NCBI RefSeq assembly: GCF_030028105.1
Contig: NC_092374.1
Span: 178,708,057-178,772,056 of the forward strand
Direction of reading: 5' to 3'
Source of the DNA: Mobula birostris
Lineage: Eukaryota
DNA length: 64,000 bases
Shown piece by piece: positions 11,601 through 25,080 of this stretch (the first letter of the stretch is position 1; every line of letters starts with the position of its first letter). A program made the position numbers and the translations under genes. The notes under the pieces were generated by a model. The model had not been told where the DNA came from. It saw only the letters and a list, made by a program, of their open reading frames with translations, and searched no databases.

Positions 11601-12540
11601 AACTGTGACTCCTCGTCATAGACCCTTACTGCACAAAAACAGGCCCATCTGCACAACTGGTCTATGCCAACCAAGATTCCTACCATGGCCCATATACTAC
11701 CAAACATTTCCTGTCTATCTACTGGTTCCAGTGATTTTTTAAAAAATGTTGTTAATGTACCTGCCAAAACCACTTTCTCTTGCATCTCCTTCCTTGTGCT
11801 GGCAACTTCTGCTTGAGAATGTTGGTCCTCAGGTCTCTATTATATTTTTCCCTAATCACCTTAAACCTTTGTCCTAAAGTTCCTGATGCCCAAATCCTGG
11901 GAAAGAGATTGTGCATTCATCCTCTCTATGCTCTTTATGATTTTATACGTTATTCTATATATCTCAACCTCTTACATTCAAGGGAAAATAATGCCAAGCT
12001 ATGCTACTTCCCCTTCTAATTCAAGTGTACCTTTCTTGGCAACATCCTTGAGAATATTTTGTACACCTTTTCCAGTTTAATGACTTCCTTCCTTTGTCAA
12101 TATGCATAAGATCACCCCATTCTCCTCAGCTCCAGTGAATAAGACATCGCCCGCACCATACATGCTTTCTTCTTCCCCCATCTTCTGCTGAGCAGAAGGT
12201 ACGAAAGCCTGAAAGCACACACTGATGATCAAGGACAGCTTCTATTTTGCTGTTATAACAGTATTGTAGAGTTCCATAGTACGGCACGTTTAACCTTTGA
12301 TGTCACGATCAACCATATTGTGGCCCTTGCTCCTTATTGTGTGCCTGCTCTCTACTTCCTCTGTAACTGTTACAAGTTGCTTTGCATTCTGTTATTTTTG
12401 CCCCTTGTATTATCTCAATGTGCAATTGTAATGCAATTATCTGTGGATGGCATGCAGTACAAAGATTTTTCAGTGTACCTTGGTACATGTGACAACAATT
12501 TAAAATAGTACCAATTTACCAATCTTTACTTGGTGAGTGG

Positions 12541-12653
12541 GAGCCGGGGAGCCTCGTGGTGCAGGTCCTTTGCTGGGGCTGATGGCGACACTTACGATGA
12601 TGATTAAAGTGGTGTAGAGGAGCAGCAAGGAGAGAGTCAAGGTTTTAATACAG
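12541..12653 (+). pseudogene. Locus A tail exon GAGEPRGAGPLLGLMATLTMMIKVV*
   Basis: 113 nt as in locus B, TAG at 12615-12617 in the same position, donor CAG|GTGAGT intact, acceptor mutated to GG. Confidence 0.8.
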
Positions 12654-12738
12654 GTGAGTAAACACGCAGGTTCTTTCACTAATCCTGCTTGCTGTCACAG
12701 TATTGCTCAACCAATCTCTTCTCGTTTTCCTTTTGCAG

Positions 12739-13300
12739 ATGAGTGTTTGGCCCAAATCTCAAGCTCAGCTCTGAACACAAGCTGGATCCTCTGCCTGGTT
12801 TTGTGATTAATGGTTCAACACCAAAGCAAGCTTAGTGTTGGCTCCAGTGTGGGAAATGTTTAGCTGAATCTTCTGCCACTTTACAGCTCGTCTGTTTTGC
12901 AATGTTATAACTTTTTCTTACATCTCACTCAGCGATCAGGTTTCAGTGTTGTGGTGTGTTGAAGTTTCAACTTCTCATTCGTAAAGCCCTACTTGACCTG
13001 AATAGCTCTTCCCAACCCTAACGCCAATGCAATACTGTATATCAGACCATTGGTGTGAGGAACTACTGCAAAGGCAAGTTGGTGGGATAAAGCAGTGAAA
13101 GATTTACTGGGCATTTGGAAAGACCTGAATGGAAGAGTGAATTCCTGTTGTGAACTCCGGATACCTAAGAAGAATTCTTCCCTTAATATGAGATTGGGAG
13201 GGTCCAACATTTTCTTTAAAATAGGAACAGAAACCCCTGGATATTGGTGCAATTTGGGTTGACGTAGAGTTAAAAATTAATCTGAGGTTCATAGAGTGGT
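12739..13300 (+). pseudogene. Locus A terminal 3'UTR exon
   Basis: Acceptor tcgttttccttttgcag|AT after an 85-nt intron; aligns with the locus B 3'UTR. Confidence 0.6.
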
Positions 13301-14769
13301 GTAAAGATGCTCACTATCCCTGCTGGTGGTTTGAACAGATCTGTGTTCTTTCCTCTGGAGTGTTGGAGGCATGGTAAGCCTGATGGGCATTTATATAATC
13401 CTCAGCAGCACCAGACAGAGGGTAGTCAGTCTTTTTCCCAGCCTAGAAATGTCAAATATTAGGGGGCATTACTTTACTTTAAAGGAGTTGTTCTTTTTTA
13501 ATATGTTAAGTCTGGTAGGTGCCTGGAATGCATTACCAGGCGTGATGGTGCAAACAGACATCATACTGGTCATTAAAAGGCATTTAGACAGACACATGGA
13601 CCTGTGAGAATGAAGGGATAGGGACCATGCGCAGACAGATACTTAGTTTAATTAGGCATCATGAATAGCATGGTCATTATAGGCTGAAGGGCCTATTGCA
13701 GTGCTGTAATGTTTTCTGTTCTAAGGTCTAATGCGGTTATTTCCCTGGATCATGTGTACTGTTTGCTATTATGACAGAAGTGTCAGCCTTTGCTATTGCC
13801 TTGTCGATATCACTGGTTGGGTCGAGGAGGACTCTCAGCTTGTTATCTGAAGGCACTATCGCACAGCAAGTAGAGCAAAGTCTCTTTACTCCAGCGACAG
13901 AGGTTCAATCCTGATCTCCAGCATGGTCCGTGTGGAGTTTGCACATTCTTCCTGTGACGGGTCATGGTCTTCTCATCCAGAAATATCTTGGTAGACATTC
14001 AGACACCATGAGGCATGGGATCCATAGAAACCTGTCTGCATGGATTCGGAATTGGCTTGCCCAAAGAAGGCAGAGGGTGGTAGTAGCTGGAGCGTATTAT
14101 GTCTGGAGGGAGACGGAACATTGAAATGTACAGCACAGGAACAGGCCATTTGACTCATAATGTTGTACCAAACCAATTAAAAAGCAAATCAAAAACACCC
14201 AAACACTAATCCGTCCTACCTACATTGTCCATTTCCCTCCATCCTCCTTATATCCATGTGCCTATCCAAACGTCTCTTAACTGCTGCTAATGTGTTTGCC
14301 TCTACCACCATGCCAGACATCCACAACTCTCAGTCAAAGAAACCCTCTCACGTCCCCCTTGAACCTACCCCATCTCACCTTCAATGCATGCCCTCTGGTA
14401 TTAGACATTCCAACCTTGGGAAATGGATACTGTCTGTCCACTCTATCTATGCCTCACACAATCATGTAAACCTCAGTCAGATCTCCCCTCATCCTCTGAC
14501 GCTCCAGAGAAAGCAACCCAAGTTTATCCAGCATCTCATGTTAGCACACGCCCTCTAAACCAGGCAACACCCTGGTGAAGCTCTTCTGCACCCTCTCCAA
14601 AATCTCAACATCCTTTCTATCATGGGGCTACCAGAACTGTCTGCCATACTCAGGATGTGGCCGAACCAGAGTTTTATAAAGTTGCAGCATAACCTCCTGA
14701 TTTTTGAACTCATTGCCTCCACTAATAAGAGCAAACATTCCATTGCCTTCTTAACCAACTTACTGTTCA

Positions 14770-15030
14770 CAGCTGAATTTAAAGTGCTCCAGCACTTGGA
14801 TCCAAACATGCAGAATCCAAGTGTGCTTGCCTCTTCACAACTCAGGAACTTGGCGTTAATAGTTAATGTGATAAATATTTCAACATTTATAAAATATTTC
14901 ATCCTGTCTGAAAGATAAAGACAAGCATTGATCCAGGAGAAATTAAAAATCTGCTCTAATTTTACTCCATCTGGAATAAACCAATCAGAATAACTGATAT
15001 AGTTAAACTATTGAAATACCATCAAGATAA
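14770..15030. repeat. Unclassified AT-rich repeat, copy 1
   Basis: Shares CAGCTGAATTTAAAGTGCT, CCAGGAGAAATTAAAAA and CTAATTTTACTCCATCTGGAA with 17739-18012. Confidence 0.7.
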
Positions 15031-15459
15031 AGACAAGCATTGATTCAAATAATTATCCAGGAGGAAAAAACACACTTTTCCAGTACACTGTGGAATTGAT
15101 CTTTAAACATCCTTCACATGTCCAATGTGGACTTGTCAGAGGAGAGTGTTTCCAATTAGCACTTATTAGTTCCTGCCTAATGCCCTCATAATTTACCCTA
15201 CTCTAATTTAAAACTCTCCACAAGGACCAAACCTAACTTTATCGATACCGGTACTTATGCTGAAAGATGAGGAGTTGTGGTCACTGCTCCCTAACTGTCC
15301 CCATCCATTGAAAGGTCAGTCACCCGGCCAGGCTCATGACCCAACAGCAGGTCCAATACGGCCTCTCCACTCATTGGACTGTCTGCATATGAATTGAAGA
15401 ATCCTTCCTGAATACAATGAACAAATTCAACCCCATCTGGCATTCATACCCTATATTCC

Positions 15460-17640
15460 CTCTGACCTTCACCTGTCTGGGGCAGAAAGTTCAGTCCTCA
15501 GCAAAGGCCTTCCCTTTGTACCCCGCACCCACTCCTCAGTGAGTTCCATGACCGCTATGATACTGAGCTCTTCCTCTGCCGCCTCCTTCTCCGTGCCTAC
15601 TTCTTTGGCAAGAACTCTCCACCTTGCACTGATAAGTCCTTCTCCCGTCCAACCCTCTTCCTCTTCCTGGACTCCCTGCTCGGGTCTCCTGCCTGCTCTA
15701 TATCTTTTCATTGCTAACTGCCTACGAGATATCAACCGTCTTGACTTTACCACTCCTCTCTCCAATCCTAACCTCACCAACAAACCCACAGATAAGTGCG
15801 GTTCTGTAGTAGTCTGACAGACTGACCTTGACATTGGTGAGGCCAGGTAACAACTCTCAGACACCTCCTCTTATTTACCTCTCAAACAGATCCCACTAAG
15901 GAGCACCAGCCCATTGTCCCCTGCACCATCACTGACTTTATTAACTCTGGGGGCTCCCATCCACTGCCACCAACCTCATAGTTTCCTTACCCCACACCTC
16001 CCATTTCTACCATCTTCCCAATGCCCATAAACCTGCCTGTCCAAATAGAACCATCGTTTCTGCTGGTTCCTGCCCCACAAAACTTATATCTGCATACCTT
16101 GACTCTGTTTTCCCCCCAGTTCAGTCCCTTCCTACCTATATCTGTGATACGTCACACACTCTTGATCTTTTCAATGACTTCAAGGTCCCTGGCCCTGGTC
16201 ATCTCATTTTCACTATGGGTGTACAGTCCCTATGCACCTCCATCCCCATCAAGCCTCAAAGCCTTCCTTTCTGAACACCAGACCTGACCAGTTTCCTTCC
16301 ACCACCACTCTACTCTATCTGACGGACTTGGTCCTCACTTTCAATAATTTCTCCTTTGTCTCCTCCCACTTCCCCCACAAAATGTGTAGCCATGGGGATT
16401 TGCATGGGTCCCAGCCAATGTTCCCTCCAATTTGTAATGACCAGTGTGCACAAAAATCTTGTGCTGTGCAATTTTTTTACTCAGTGGCATCTACATGTGC
16501 GCACTGAATAACTTCTTCAATAAAAATAGTATAAGTAAGCCTGCAGGCTAATCATTGCAATCTCCATGTTGTCAAAACTGTCCGCTTCAGAAACTGGAAA
16601 ATGAAATATGATTGTGTACAATCGTGAAAAATATTTAGCATGACGACAAGGCAGTTTAAGTTCCTTTGTGTGCTAGTAGCAAAAGATGTGTGCACTTCAC
16701 AGGGAGCATTGGTCCCAGCTATGCCTACCTTTTTGCTGGCTATGTGGAACACTCTATGTTCCAAGCCCTTGTAAAATTGCCACCCCATCTCAGAATTCCT
16801 CCATCTCTGCCGCATCTGCTCTCAGGATGAGTGTTTTCATTCTGAAACAATTGAAATGTCCTCCTTCTTGAATGAAAGGGGCTTTTCTTCCTCCACAACC
16901 AATGCTGCCCTGACCCACATCTCTTCCATTTCACACATGTCTGCCTCACCCCATCCTCCCATCATCCTACCAGAGATAGGGCTCCTCTTGTCCTCACCTA
17001 CCACCCCACCAGCCTCAGCATTCGGTACATGATTCTCTGCAACTTCCACCATCTCCAACAGGATTCCACCACCAAGCACACCTTTCCCTTCACCAGTAAA
17101 AGCAGGAATTCCCAGGGCCACCCATTTCAATTCTATTTCCCCTTCTGACGTGTCAGTCTATGTCCTCCTCTACTGCTATGGTGAGGCCTCACTCATTTGG
17201 AAGAGTAATATCTTGTATTCCATCTGGGTAGTCTCCAACCTGATGGCATGAATATCAATTTCTCAAACTTCCAGTAATTGCTGCCCCCTTCACCATTTCC
17301 CGTTCCCATTTCCCTCTATCACTTACCTGTCCATCACCTCCCCTGGTGCTCCTTCTCCTTCACTTCCTGCCATGGCCCTCTGTCCTCTCCAATCAGATTT
17401 CCCCCCGTACAGCCCTTTCTCTCTTTCACCAGTCAACTGCCCAGCTCTTCACTCCACCCCTCGCCCTCTCCAGGTGTAACCTATTACCTCCTGCCTTCTG
17501 CTTCTTCTCCCCCTCCCCCAATGACTTCCCATCTCTTTTCCAGTCCCAGTGAAGGGTATCAGCCCAAAATGTCAACTGTTTACTCTTTTCCATAGATGCT
17601 TCCTGTCCTGTTCAGTTCCTCCAGCATATTGTGTATATTA
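15460..17640 (+). mobile_element. Penelope-like retroelement, degenerate
   Basis: RT motif region (CCATGG...CCCAGCTATGCC) and C-terminal HLVFHLGSLQPDGMNINFSNF; same family as the copies at 46940-50510 and 53330-55140. Confidence 0.7.
16416..16711. mobile_element. hAT-type MITE
   Basis: TIR CAATGTTCCCT / AGGGAGCATTG (10/11) and a perfect 8-bp TSD GTCCCAGC (16408-16415, 16712-16719). Confidence 0.85.
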
Positions 17641-17738
17641 TTTTAAAAATGATTTATGGAAAATGTTTAAAAATTGAAATTCAACCCCTAATTGTACATT
17701 ACCACATGGGAAACATGTTTCAATGACAGAACACATCG

Positions 17739-18012
17739 CAGCTGAATTTAAAGTGCTGCAGATTTTTGGAACCAGACATTCAGAATCCAACACTGCTTGC
17801 CTCTTTCACAAACTCAGTATCTCGACTTAAATGATGGTTAATATGATGAAAATTTAATCATCTGTAAAATATTAAGTCATGTCTAAAAGATAAAGGCAAG
17901 CATTCATTCAAATAATCTTCCAGGAGAAATTAAAAACGTGCCCTAATTTTACTCCATCTGGAAAAAACCAACCAGAAAAACCGATACAGTTATGCCATGA
18001 AAATACCATCAA
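17739..18012. repeat. Unclassified AT-rich repeat, copy 2
   Basis: Diverged direct copy of 14770-15030. Confidence 0.7.
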
Positions 18013-18099
18013 ATACTCTCCTTCTCTCACATAGAAAGAATTGTGCAACCGGCAAGATGTGATTTGAAGAAGTCAGTACACCAATGAACTTTCTGGGAT

Positions 18100-20830
18100 T
18101 AATCATAGAGTCATGGAGAAGTACAGCATAGAAACAGGCCCTTCAGCCCATCTAGTCCATGCCAAAACCATTTAAACTGCCTATTCCAGTTGACCTACTC
18201 CGGGACCATAGCCCTCCATATCCCTACTCTCCATGTACCTATCCATACTTCTGTTAAGCATTGAAATTGAGCTTGCATGAACCACTTGTGTCGGAAGCTC
18301 ATTCCACACTCTCACAATGCCCTGGGTGAAGAACTTTCTCCTCGTGTTCCTCTTAAACTTCTCACCTGTCACTCTTAAGCCAGGTGTAGTACCACCCAAC
18401 CTCAGTGGAAAAGAAAGCCTGTTTGTATTTACCCTATCTATGCCCCTCGTAATTTTGTATACCTCTATCAAATCTCCTCTCAGTCTTCTACATTCTAAAG
18501 AATACATTCCTAACATATTTAATCTTTCCTTATAACTCAGGTCCTCTTACCCTCCCCCTCCCCCTTACTCTTGTAGATTTTATCTTTCAACCTTGTTTAT
18601 GTCTTTCCTGTAGGTACTTGATTATTTGATTAAAACTACACACAATGCTCCATATTAGGCCTCTCCAACATTTCATACAACTTCAAAATAACATCCCATC
18701 TTCTGTACTCAATACCTTGATTTATGAAGGTCAACATGCCAAAACCTTCCTTTACAGCCCCATCTACATGGAATACCACTTTCCAAGAATAATAGACCTG
18801 TATTCCCAGATCTCTTTTTTCCTAACACACTTGTCCGTGCCCTACCATTGACTGTGTAAGACCTACCCTGGCTAGCCCAGCCAAAGTGAAACACCTCACA
18901 CTTCTCTCCGCTAAATTGCATCTGCCATTTTTCAGCCCACTTTTCCAGCTGATGCAGATCTGTCTGCAAGCCATGATAACCTTCCTCACTGTCCACTACA
19001 CCCCAAGCCTTGGTATCATCCACAAATTTGCTGATCCAGTTAACTACATTATCATCCAGATCATTGATATAGATGACAAACAACAAAGGACCCAGCACTG
19101 ATCCCTGCAGAACACCACTAGTCACAGGCCTCCAGTCAGAGGGGCAATTGTCTGCCACTGCTCTCTGGCTTCTCCTACAAAGTCAATGACTAATCCAATT
19201 TACTACCTCATCCTGAATACTGAGCAAGTGAAGCTACTAGGCGTGAAGCCATGCCAACTATCCTTAATTATTCTATGTCTATCAAAATACTTGTATACCC
19301 AGTCCCTTAAAATACCTTCCAATAACTTTTCCACAACTGATGTCAAACTCACCGACCTATAGTTTCCTTGTTTCTATTTATAGCCTTTTTTAAACAGCAG
19401 AAAAAACATTGGCTATCCTCCAGTCCTCTGGTACCTCTCCTGTTGTTAAGGAGGTTTAAAATATCTCAGCTAGGGCCCTGGCAAGTTCTGCACTTCCCTC
19501 CTATAGGGTCTGAGCGAATATCTTGTAAGACCCTGGGATTATATACACACTGATTTCCCTCAGGGTAGCAAACACCTCTTCCTCTATAACCTGCAAAGGG
19601 TCTGTGAAGTTGATGCTGCTTTGCCTCACTTCTATTGACTCTGTGTCTGTCTTCCGAGTAAATACAGATGCAAAGAATGTATTGAAGATCTCCCTCATCT
19701 GTTTCAGCTCCACACATGGATTACTATTCTCGTCTTCCAGAGGACCAATGTTGTCCCTTGCAATCCTTTTGCTCTTAACATATCTATAGAATCCTTCACG
19801 ATTCTCCTTCACCTTCTCTGCTTGAGCAACTTCATGTTTTCTTTTAGCCTTCCCAATTTCTTTCTTGAGTGTTCTCTTGCATTTCTTGTACTCCATAAGC
19901 ACCTCATTTGTTCCTCCCTGCCTGTGCCTGCTGGACACCTTTTTTCTCTTAACCAGAGCCTCAATATTTCTTGAAAACCAAGGTTCCCTGCACTTGTTAT
20001 CTTTACCATTTATATGACAAGTACGTACAAGCTTTGTACTCTCAAAATTTGTTTTTGAAGGCCTCTCACTTTCCAAGTACACCTTTGCCAGAAAACAGCA
20101 AGTCACAATCCACACTACCAGATTCTCCCTTATACCATCAAAATTAGCCTTTCTCCAATTTAGAATCTCAGCCCGTGGACTAGACCTTTGTTTTTGCATA
20201 TTTACCTTGAAAGTAATGGCATTATGGGCATTGGATGCAAAATGTTGCCCTATACAAACTTATGTCACCTGCCCTGTATCATTCCCTAACAGCAGATCCA
20301 GTATCCATAAGACCATAAGACACAAGAGCAGAATTTGGCCATCTGGTCCATCAAGTCTTCTCTGACATTCAATCATGGTTGATTATTTTTTTCTTCTCCT
20401 CCTCAACCCCAGTTCATGGCTTTCTCCCTGTAACCTTTGACGCCATGTCCAATCAACATCCTATCAATCTCTACCTTAAGTACACCCAATGACCCAGCCT
20501 CCACAGCTGCATGTGGCAACCAATTCCACAAATTCACCACCCTTTGAGGGGAATAGCCACAGGGGTGCTCTGCTCTAACTGCCTATTTCCATTTCTACTA
20601 ACAGTCACCCAGCTATTCACCTCCTGCAGGGTAACTACTTCCCTGTAACTTTGATCAGTTATGTTCTCACTCTCCCGTACAAGCCAAAGGTCATCTAGTT
20701 GCTGCTCCAGATCCCTAACACGGTCTTGAAGGAGCTGCAGGCAGATGCATTTCATGCAGATGTAGATCTCCAGGAGATTCTGGGTCTCCCAGTTCTCCAA
20801 CATCTGGCACGAAGAGGGCATCACAGCCAT
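18100..20830 (-). mobile_element. CR1 LINE, degenerate ORF1/ORF2
   Basis: WRPVTSGVLQGSVLGPLLFVIYINDLDDNVVNWISKFVDDTK (RT), LNWRKANFDGIRE and a CR1 ORF1 zinc-finger-like piece. Confidence 0.9.
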
Positions 20831-21059
20831 TTAAATAGTACAGTAAAAGAGGAAACAAAAAACAAAAAGGAAACCTTAACAGACGCTTCATTGTCCAACC
20901 CAACTTCAGTTTAAAAGTATATTGCTTAAAGGGAAGTTACACGCTGCAGATCGCTGTGAGGTTAATTCAAAAGAGGTATATTTAGAAGTATTGTACATAG
21001 CCCACAAAATGTCACCGTGATTCACCGGCACCATATTGCAACCTCACCAATCCCCAGTT

Positions 21060-21850
21060 TTAGAGTCACCCCATAATGTCTGTGTGGCATATCATGGCGA
21101 AGGCCGTTTCCTGGTCCAACCTGACATGGCAGACATCCAGCCCTGTGTTCTGCACGTACTCGACGATATCCCTGAGTAGCTCGAGTCTGTCAGAGATCAT
21201 CCTGCCTGGTGCAGAATACTGAAGAGAAGTGCTGCGGGAGGTCTGCACTGTCAGAGCAGCGGTATTTCGTAACTTCAGCAGTGATCGGAGACAATACTGA
21301 GAGAGCACTGCAGAGTGAAACGAACGGCACTGATGGGCTTGTTGAGGTCTCTGTCGGTCAGCGTTGACCGTGGATGTGGCATCCTAGCTCTCTAGCTACG
21401 CAAGCCTGTGCAGTACAATGTGGAGAACGAGCTGTTGCCCATGTAGCAAGCTCCCTCTCTCCAGGCATCTGCAGAACCGAAAGGAACAACAGAGATCGAT
21501 GTATTTTGACACCAGCTGCGTCGCGGGATTTGCCAGTCAACGATAAACTCAACGTAGGGACTGCAGCTCCAGATTTTTCCCTCAGGGTTTACTCCCAAAG
21601 CCTTCCCCATGAATGGGTATAGCTGCAAGGCAGCAGAGGTTTCAGATCCGAGTTTTCCTTCTCCTAGATAAATTGCCAACCACGGCTGACGAGCCGCATC
21701 TTCCTGACGGTACTGGTTTTGCCAGTAACGCAGCTTTGGTCCTTCTCCTGGCAGCAGAAACAGTTCCACTGGGCTTGGTAGCCACACATGAAGATCAGGA
21801 ACTGGACTTGGTTGTCAGGCTATTTAAGTCGCATCCCATTGGGAGAATTA
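21060..21850 (-). mobile_element. Tx1/L1-like LINE ORF2 fragments
   Basis: PGRMISDRLELLRDIVEYVQNTGLDVCHVRLDQETAF resembles the Tx1 RT motif GR-I-DN--L-RD...LDQEKAFD. Confidence 0.7.
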
Positions 21851-22229
21851 AATAGATAGGGGCAGCTTATCCCCATTACCACCCCGGCGATACCAACGTG
21901 AAGGAACTAAGTGATGGATTTCTGCACTGTTAGAAGGGCAATAAAGTAACACTCCAATAATCACCTAACTGGCTTTTCAGAGATCACAAAGGTTCAGTAT
22001 TCGGCTCACCAGGTAATATTTGCCGGGTTCCCTCTCACTCACTGAAGCCCTGCTTCCTCCGTTCCATTTTGAAACCCGTTTCCTGCAAACCCGTTTCCTG
22101 CGCACCTTTTCCACTTGTCTGGTTCATGACAAAATGTATTCTCAGATTATGTAATATTTCTCAAAAACGAGATAGGAGGCTGGTGAGGTACCAATACAAA
22201 TAATCCGGGTCCTGAGAACTAAGCATCAC

Positions 22230-22525
22230 CCGGGTTCCTTTGTGTGTGGGAGAGGATTGTGGGAACAGGAGAGGCGGGAGAACGATGTAGACACGGGAAC
22301 AGCGGCCGCCCGACGGTTACATCCATGCCTCGGTGTCCCTGGAGAAGGTGTATACATGTATACACGACCATTGCTTTTTCAGGGACCGGTGGGCACATCA
22401 GGGGCTCAAGTGTGTTTTGGACAGTCATGACCGTATTATAATATGAAACTGTAAAAAGTGTGTATGTCCTGTAAAATGTATAATATTGATTGTAATCATA
22501 CGAATAAACCTTGATTTAAAAATAA
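22230..22525 (+). mobile_element. Tx1-like LINE 3' end
   Basis: SLEKVYTCIHDHCFFRDRWAHQGLKCVLDSHDRIII* followed by AATAAA and an A-rich end. Confidence 0.55.
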
Positions 22526-23779
22526 AGTGCGCCCACCAGCTGGCCTTGTTGACTCAGTGAGCGATGGAGCGAGTCTGCTCAGCTCTACACAGAGCCCAAT
22601 TAGTGCGACTTTGGGTGGGGAGAGTGCAGGCACGGTAGATGCCCCGTACCCTCCCCTCAGAAGGTGCCTGCAGCTCCGTATAAGCTCCTATCCACCTTGG
22701 TCTGGCAAATGCACGATTCCATGAGTGTTTATAAGTGTCCATAAATCGGGCGTTTGTAACTGGGGAGTGCCTGTTCCGCGAACATAAGAAAGAACACCCA
22801 AGAATTCCAGCCTCAGCACAAGCAAAGTGCTGAAGGAAATCCACAGGCCAGGACCCAGGTGAATCTCGACCGCATTCCCTCCATAGTAAATCCTGCGAAG
22901 CTCCGATATCCCAGTGCGCGCAAAACTTTAGAGGAACCAGACTATCAGAATTTCACGAGTACTGAATGTAACCCAATGTAATATCCCAATGCGTATTCAA
23001 CTCTTTAAAGACCTTACGGAATGTTATGATAAATTTTCCCGTGACCCCGGAAGAGTGCACGGGATTAAGAGCCTGGTCAATTTCCAGGGAGCCTGGCATC
23101 CGGGACACTAACAAGTTTCTGGGGAGGCCGAGAACGGGAACTCCGGTACTGTTCCGGGGACCCTGTCAATTTCAGTAGAAAATAACGGACAGAGTTTGAA
23201 GGAACTCAGAAAATAGACATTGAAGGGAAAACAGAAGTAGAGACCCAAGTGAGTCACCTCGAACTATGGGAATTGAGGCAACGGTGAGGTTCGGGGAGCA
23301 AGGGAAGTGTTATCTGTGACCCAGATGCTGAAACATCAGATTAATCAAAATCTTACCTTGTATATCTCCTCCCTGGAGTATGAACACACAATTTTTGGAC
23401 AAACATAAATGAACTTATTAACGAAATTTCAATTTGACTGAAAGTTTCCTATAATTTTTAAAACAATTTTAAAGCAATTTTAGAACTTCTCTCACTTGAG
23501 AGCTGAGCTTCACGGTTGAGTTTGTGAGCCAAATCTAGTGATCTGGCTTTAGCCAGTGTGGTCAGAGCCTGACCATGCTTGCAGGCTCTTCAAGAATGTG
23601 CTCAATTTCCCACTTCTGTTCAAAGTAATGTTATTATCAAAGTATGTATATGTTACCATATACAACCCTGAGATAGGTTGGACATACACGGTGAATCCAA
23701 GAAACACGATAGAATCATCAAAGGTCTGCACTCAACAGGAGGGAAAAACAAAAAAACTGCAAAAAACTAACTAAATAAA

Positions 23780-25080
23780 TAAATACGCAAGCAACAAATA
23801 CAGTACTGAGAACATAAGATGGAGGGACCTTGAAAGTGAGTTCATAGGTTGTGTGAACAGTTCAGTCATGGAGTGAGGGAAGATATCCCTTCCGGTTTAA
23901 AAGCCGAATAGTTGAGGGGTAGTGACTGTTTCTGAAGCTGGTGGTGAAAACCCTGAGGCTCCTGTACATTCTTGCTGATGGCAGCAGAGAGCAGAGAGCA
24001 AGGCCTGGGTGGTGGGCATCCTTGATGATGGATGCTGCTTTCCTGCAGCAGCTCACCATGTAGTTGTGCTCACTGGTACAGAGGGCTTTAACCGTGATGG
24101 ACTAGGCTGCATCCACTATTTGTTTGTAGGATTTTCCATTCAAGGGCATTAGTGTTTCCATAATAGGCTGTAATGCAGCCAGTCAATGTACCCTCCACCA
24201 TCCAACTGCAAATGTTTATCAATGTTTTAGATTTTATGCCAAATCTTCACAAAATTAAGGAAGTAATGGCACTTACTGCAAGACCCAGGACAGATCATCT
24301 GAAATAATAGCACCGAGGAATTTAAAGTCTCTCCACATCTTATCCCCCGATGAGGACTGGCTCATAGAGCTCTGGTTTCTTCCTCCTGAAGTCAATAATC
24401 AGCCCCTTGATCTTGCTGACATTGAGTAAGAAATTGTTGTTGTGGTGCCACTCTGCTAGATTTTCAATCTGCCTCCTACATGCTAATTCATCACTGCCTT
24501 TGATTCAGCCAACAAACTTACATATGGCATTGGAGCTGTGCATAGCCGCACAGCCAAAAGTAAAAAGCAAGTACAGCAGGGTGCCCTGCACATAGCCTTG
24601 TGGTGTATCTGTGCTGATGGACATGTTGCTGGCAATCTGAACTGACTGGTGTTTACATGCCAGGAAATTGAGGATCCAATTGCACACGGAGATATTCAGG
24701 CCAAGTTCTTGAAGCTTATTGATTACTTTGGAGGGAGTGATACAATTAAATGCCTATAAAGAGTATTGTGATGTATGCACCTTTGCTGTCCTGATGTTCC
24801 AGGGTTGAGTGAAGAGCCAATGAAATGGCATCTGCTGTGGACCTGTTGTGAAGGTGTGCAAATTGGAATGGATCCAAGATGTTTCTCAGACATGAGTTGA
24901 TATGTTTCATCAGTAACCTCTCAAAATACATCATCTCAGTGGATGTAGGTGCTACAGGATGATGGTCACTGGGGCAGGTTACCACATTCTTCTTTGGCAC
25001 CGGTGTGACTGAAGCCTGCTTGAAGCAGATGGGTACCTCAGACTGCTGAAGTGAGAGGTTAAAGCTTTAAGTGAACACTC
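23780..25080 (-). mobile_element. Rex1/Babar-like LINE RT and 3' fragment
   Basis: LDPFQFAHLHNRSTADAISLALHSTLEH; CCRKAASIIKDAHHPG. Confidence 0.85.

Larger units (their letters stand above)
1160..13300 (+). pseudogene. Locus A, MHC class I-like paralog lacking alpha1 and alpha2
   Basis: Leader, alpha3, tail and UTR exons are homologous to locus B. No alpha1/alpha2 found. Alpha3 acceptor AG>TG (8980-8981), 1-nt deletion giving TGA at 9242-9244, tail acceptor AG>GG (12539-12540), no AATAAA at the aligned site. Confidence 0.8.

Noticed and set aside
14555-14902. 115-aa ORF overlapping the AT-rich repeat, with acceptor-like sites
   Set aside because: The frame is broken by stops in the second copy, and part of the ORF is antisense CR1.
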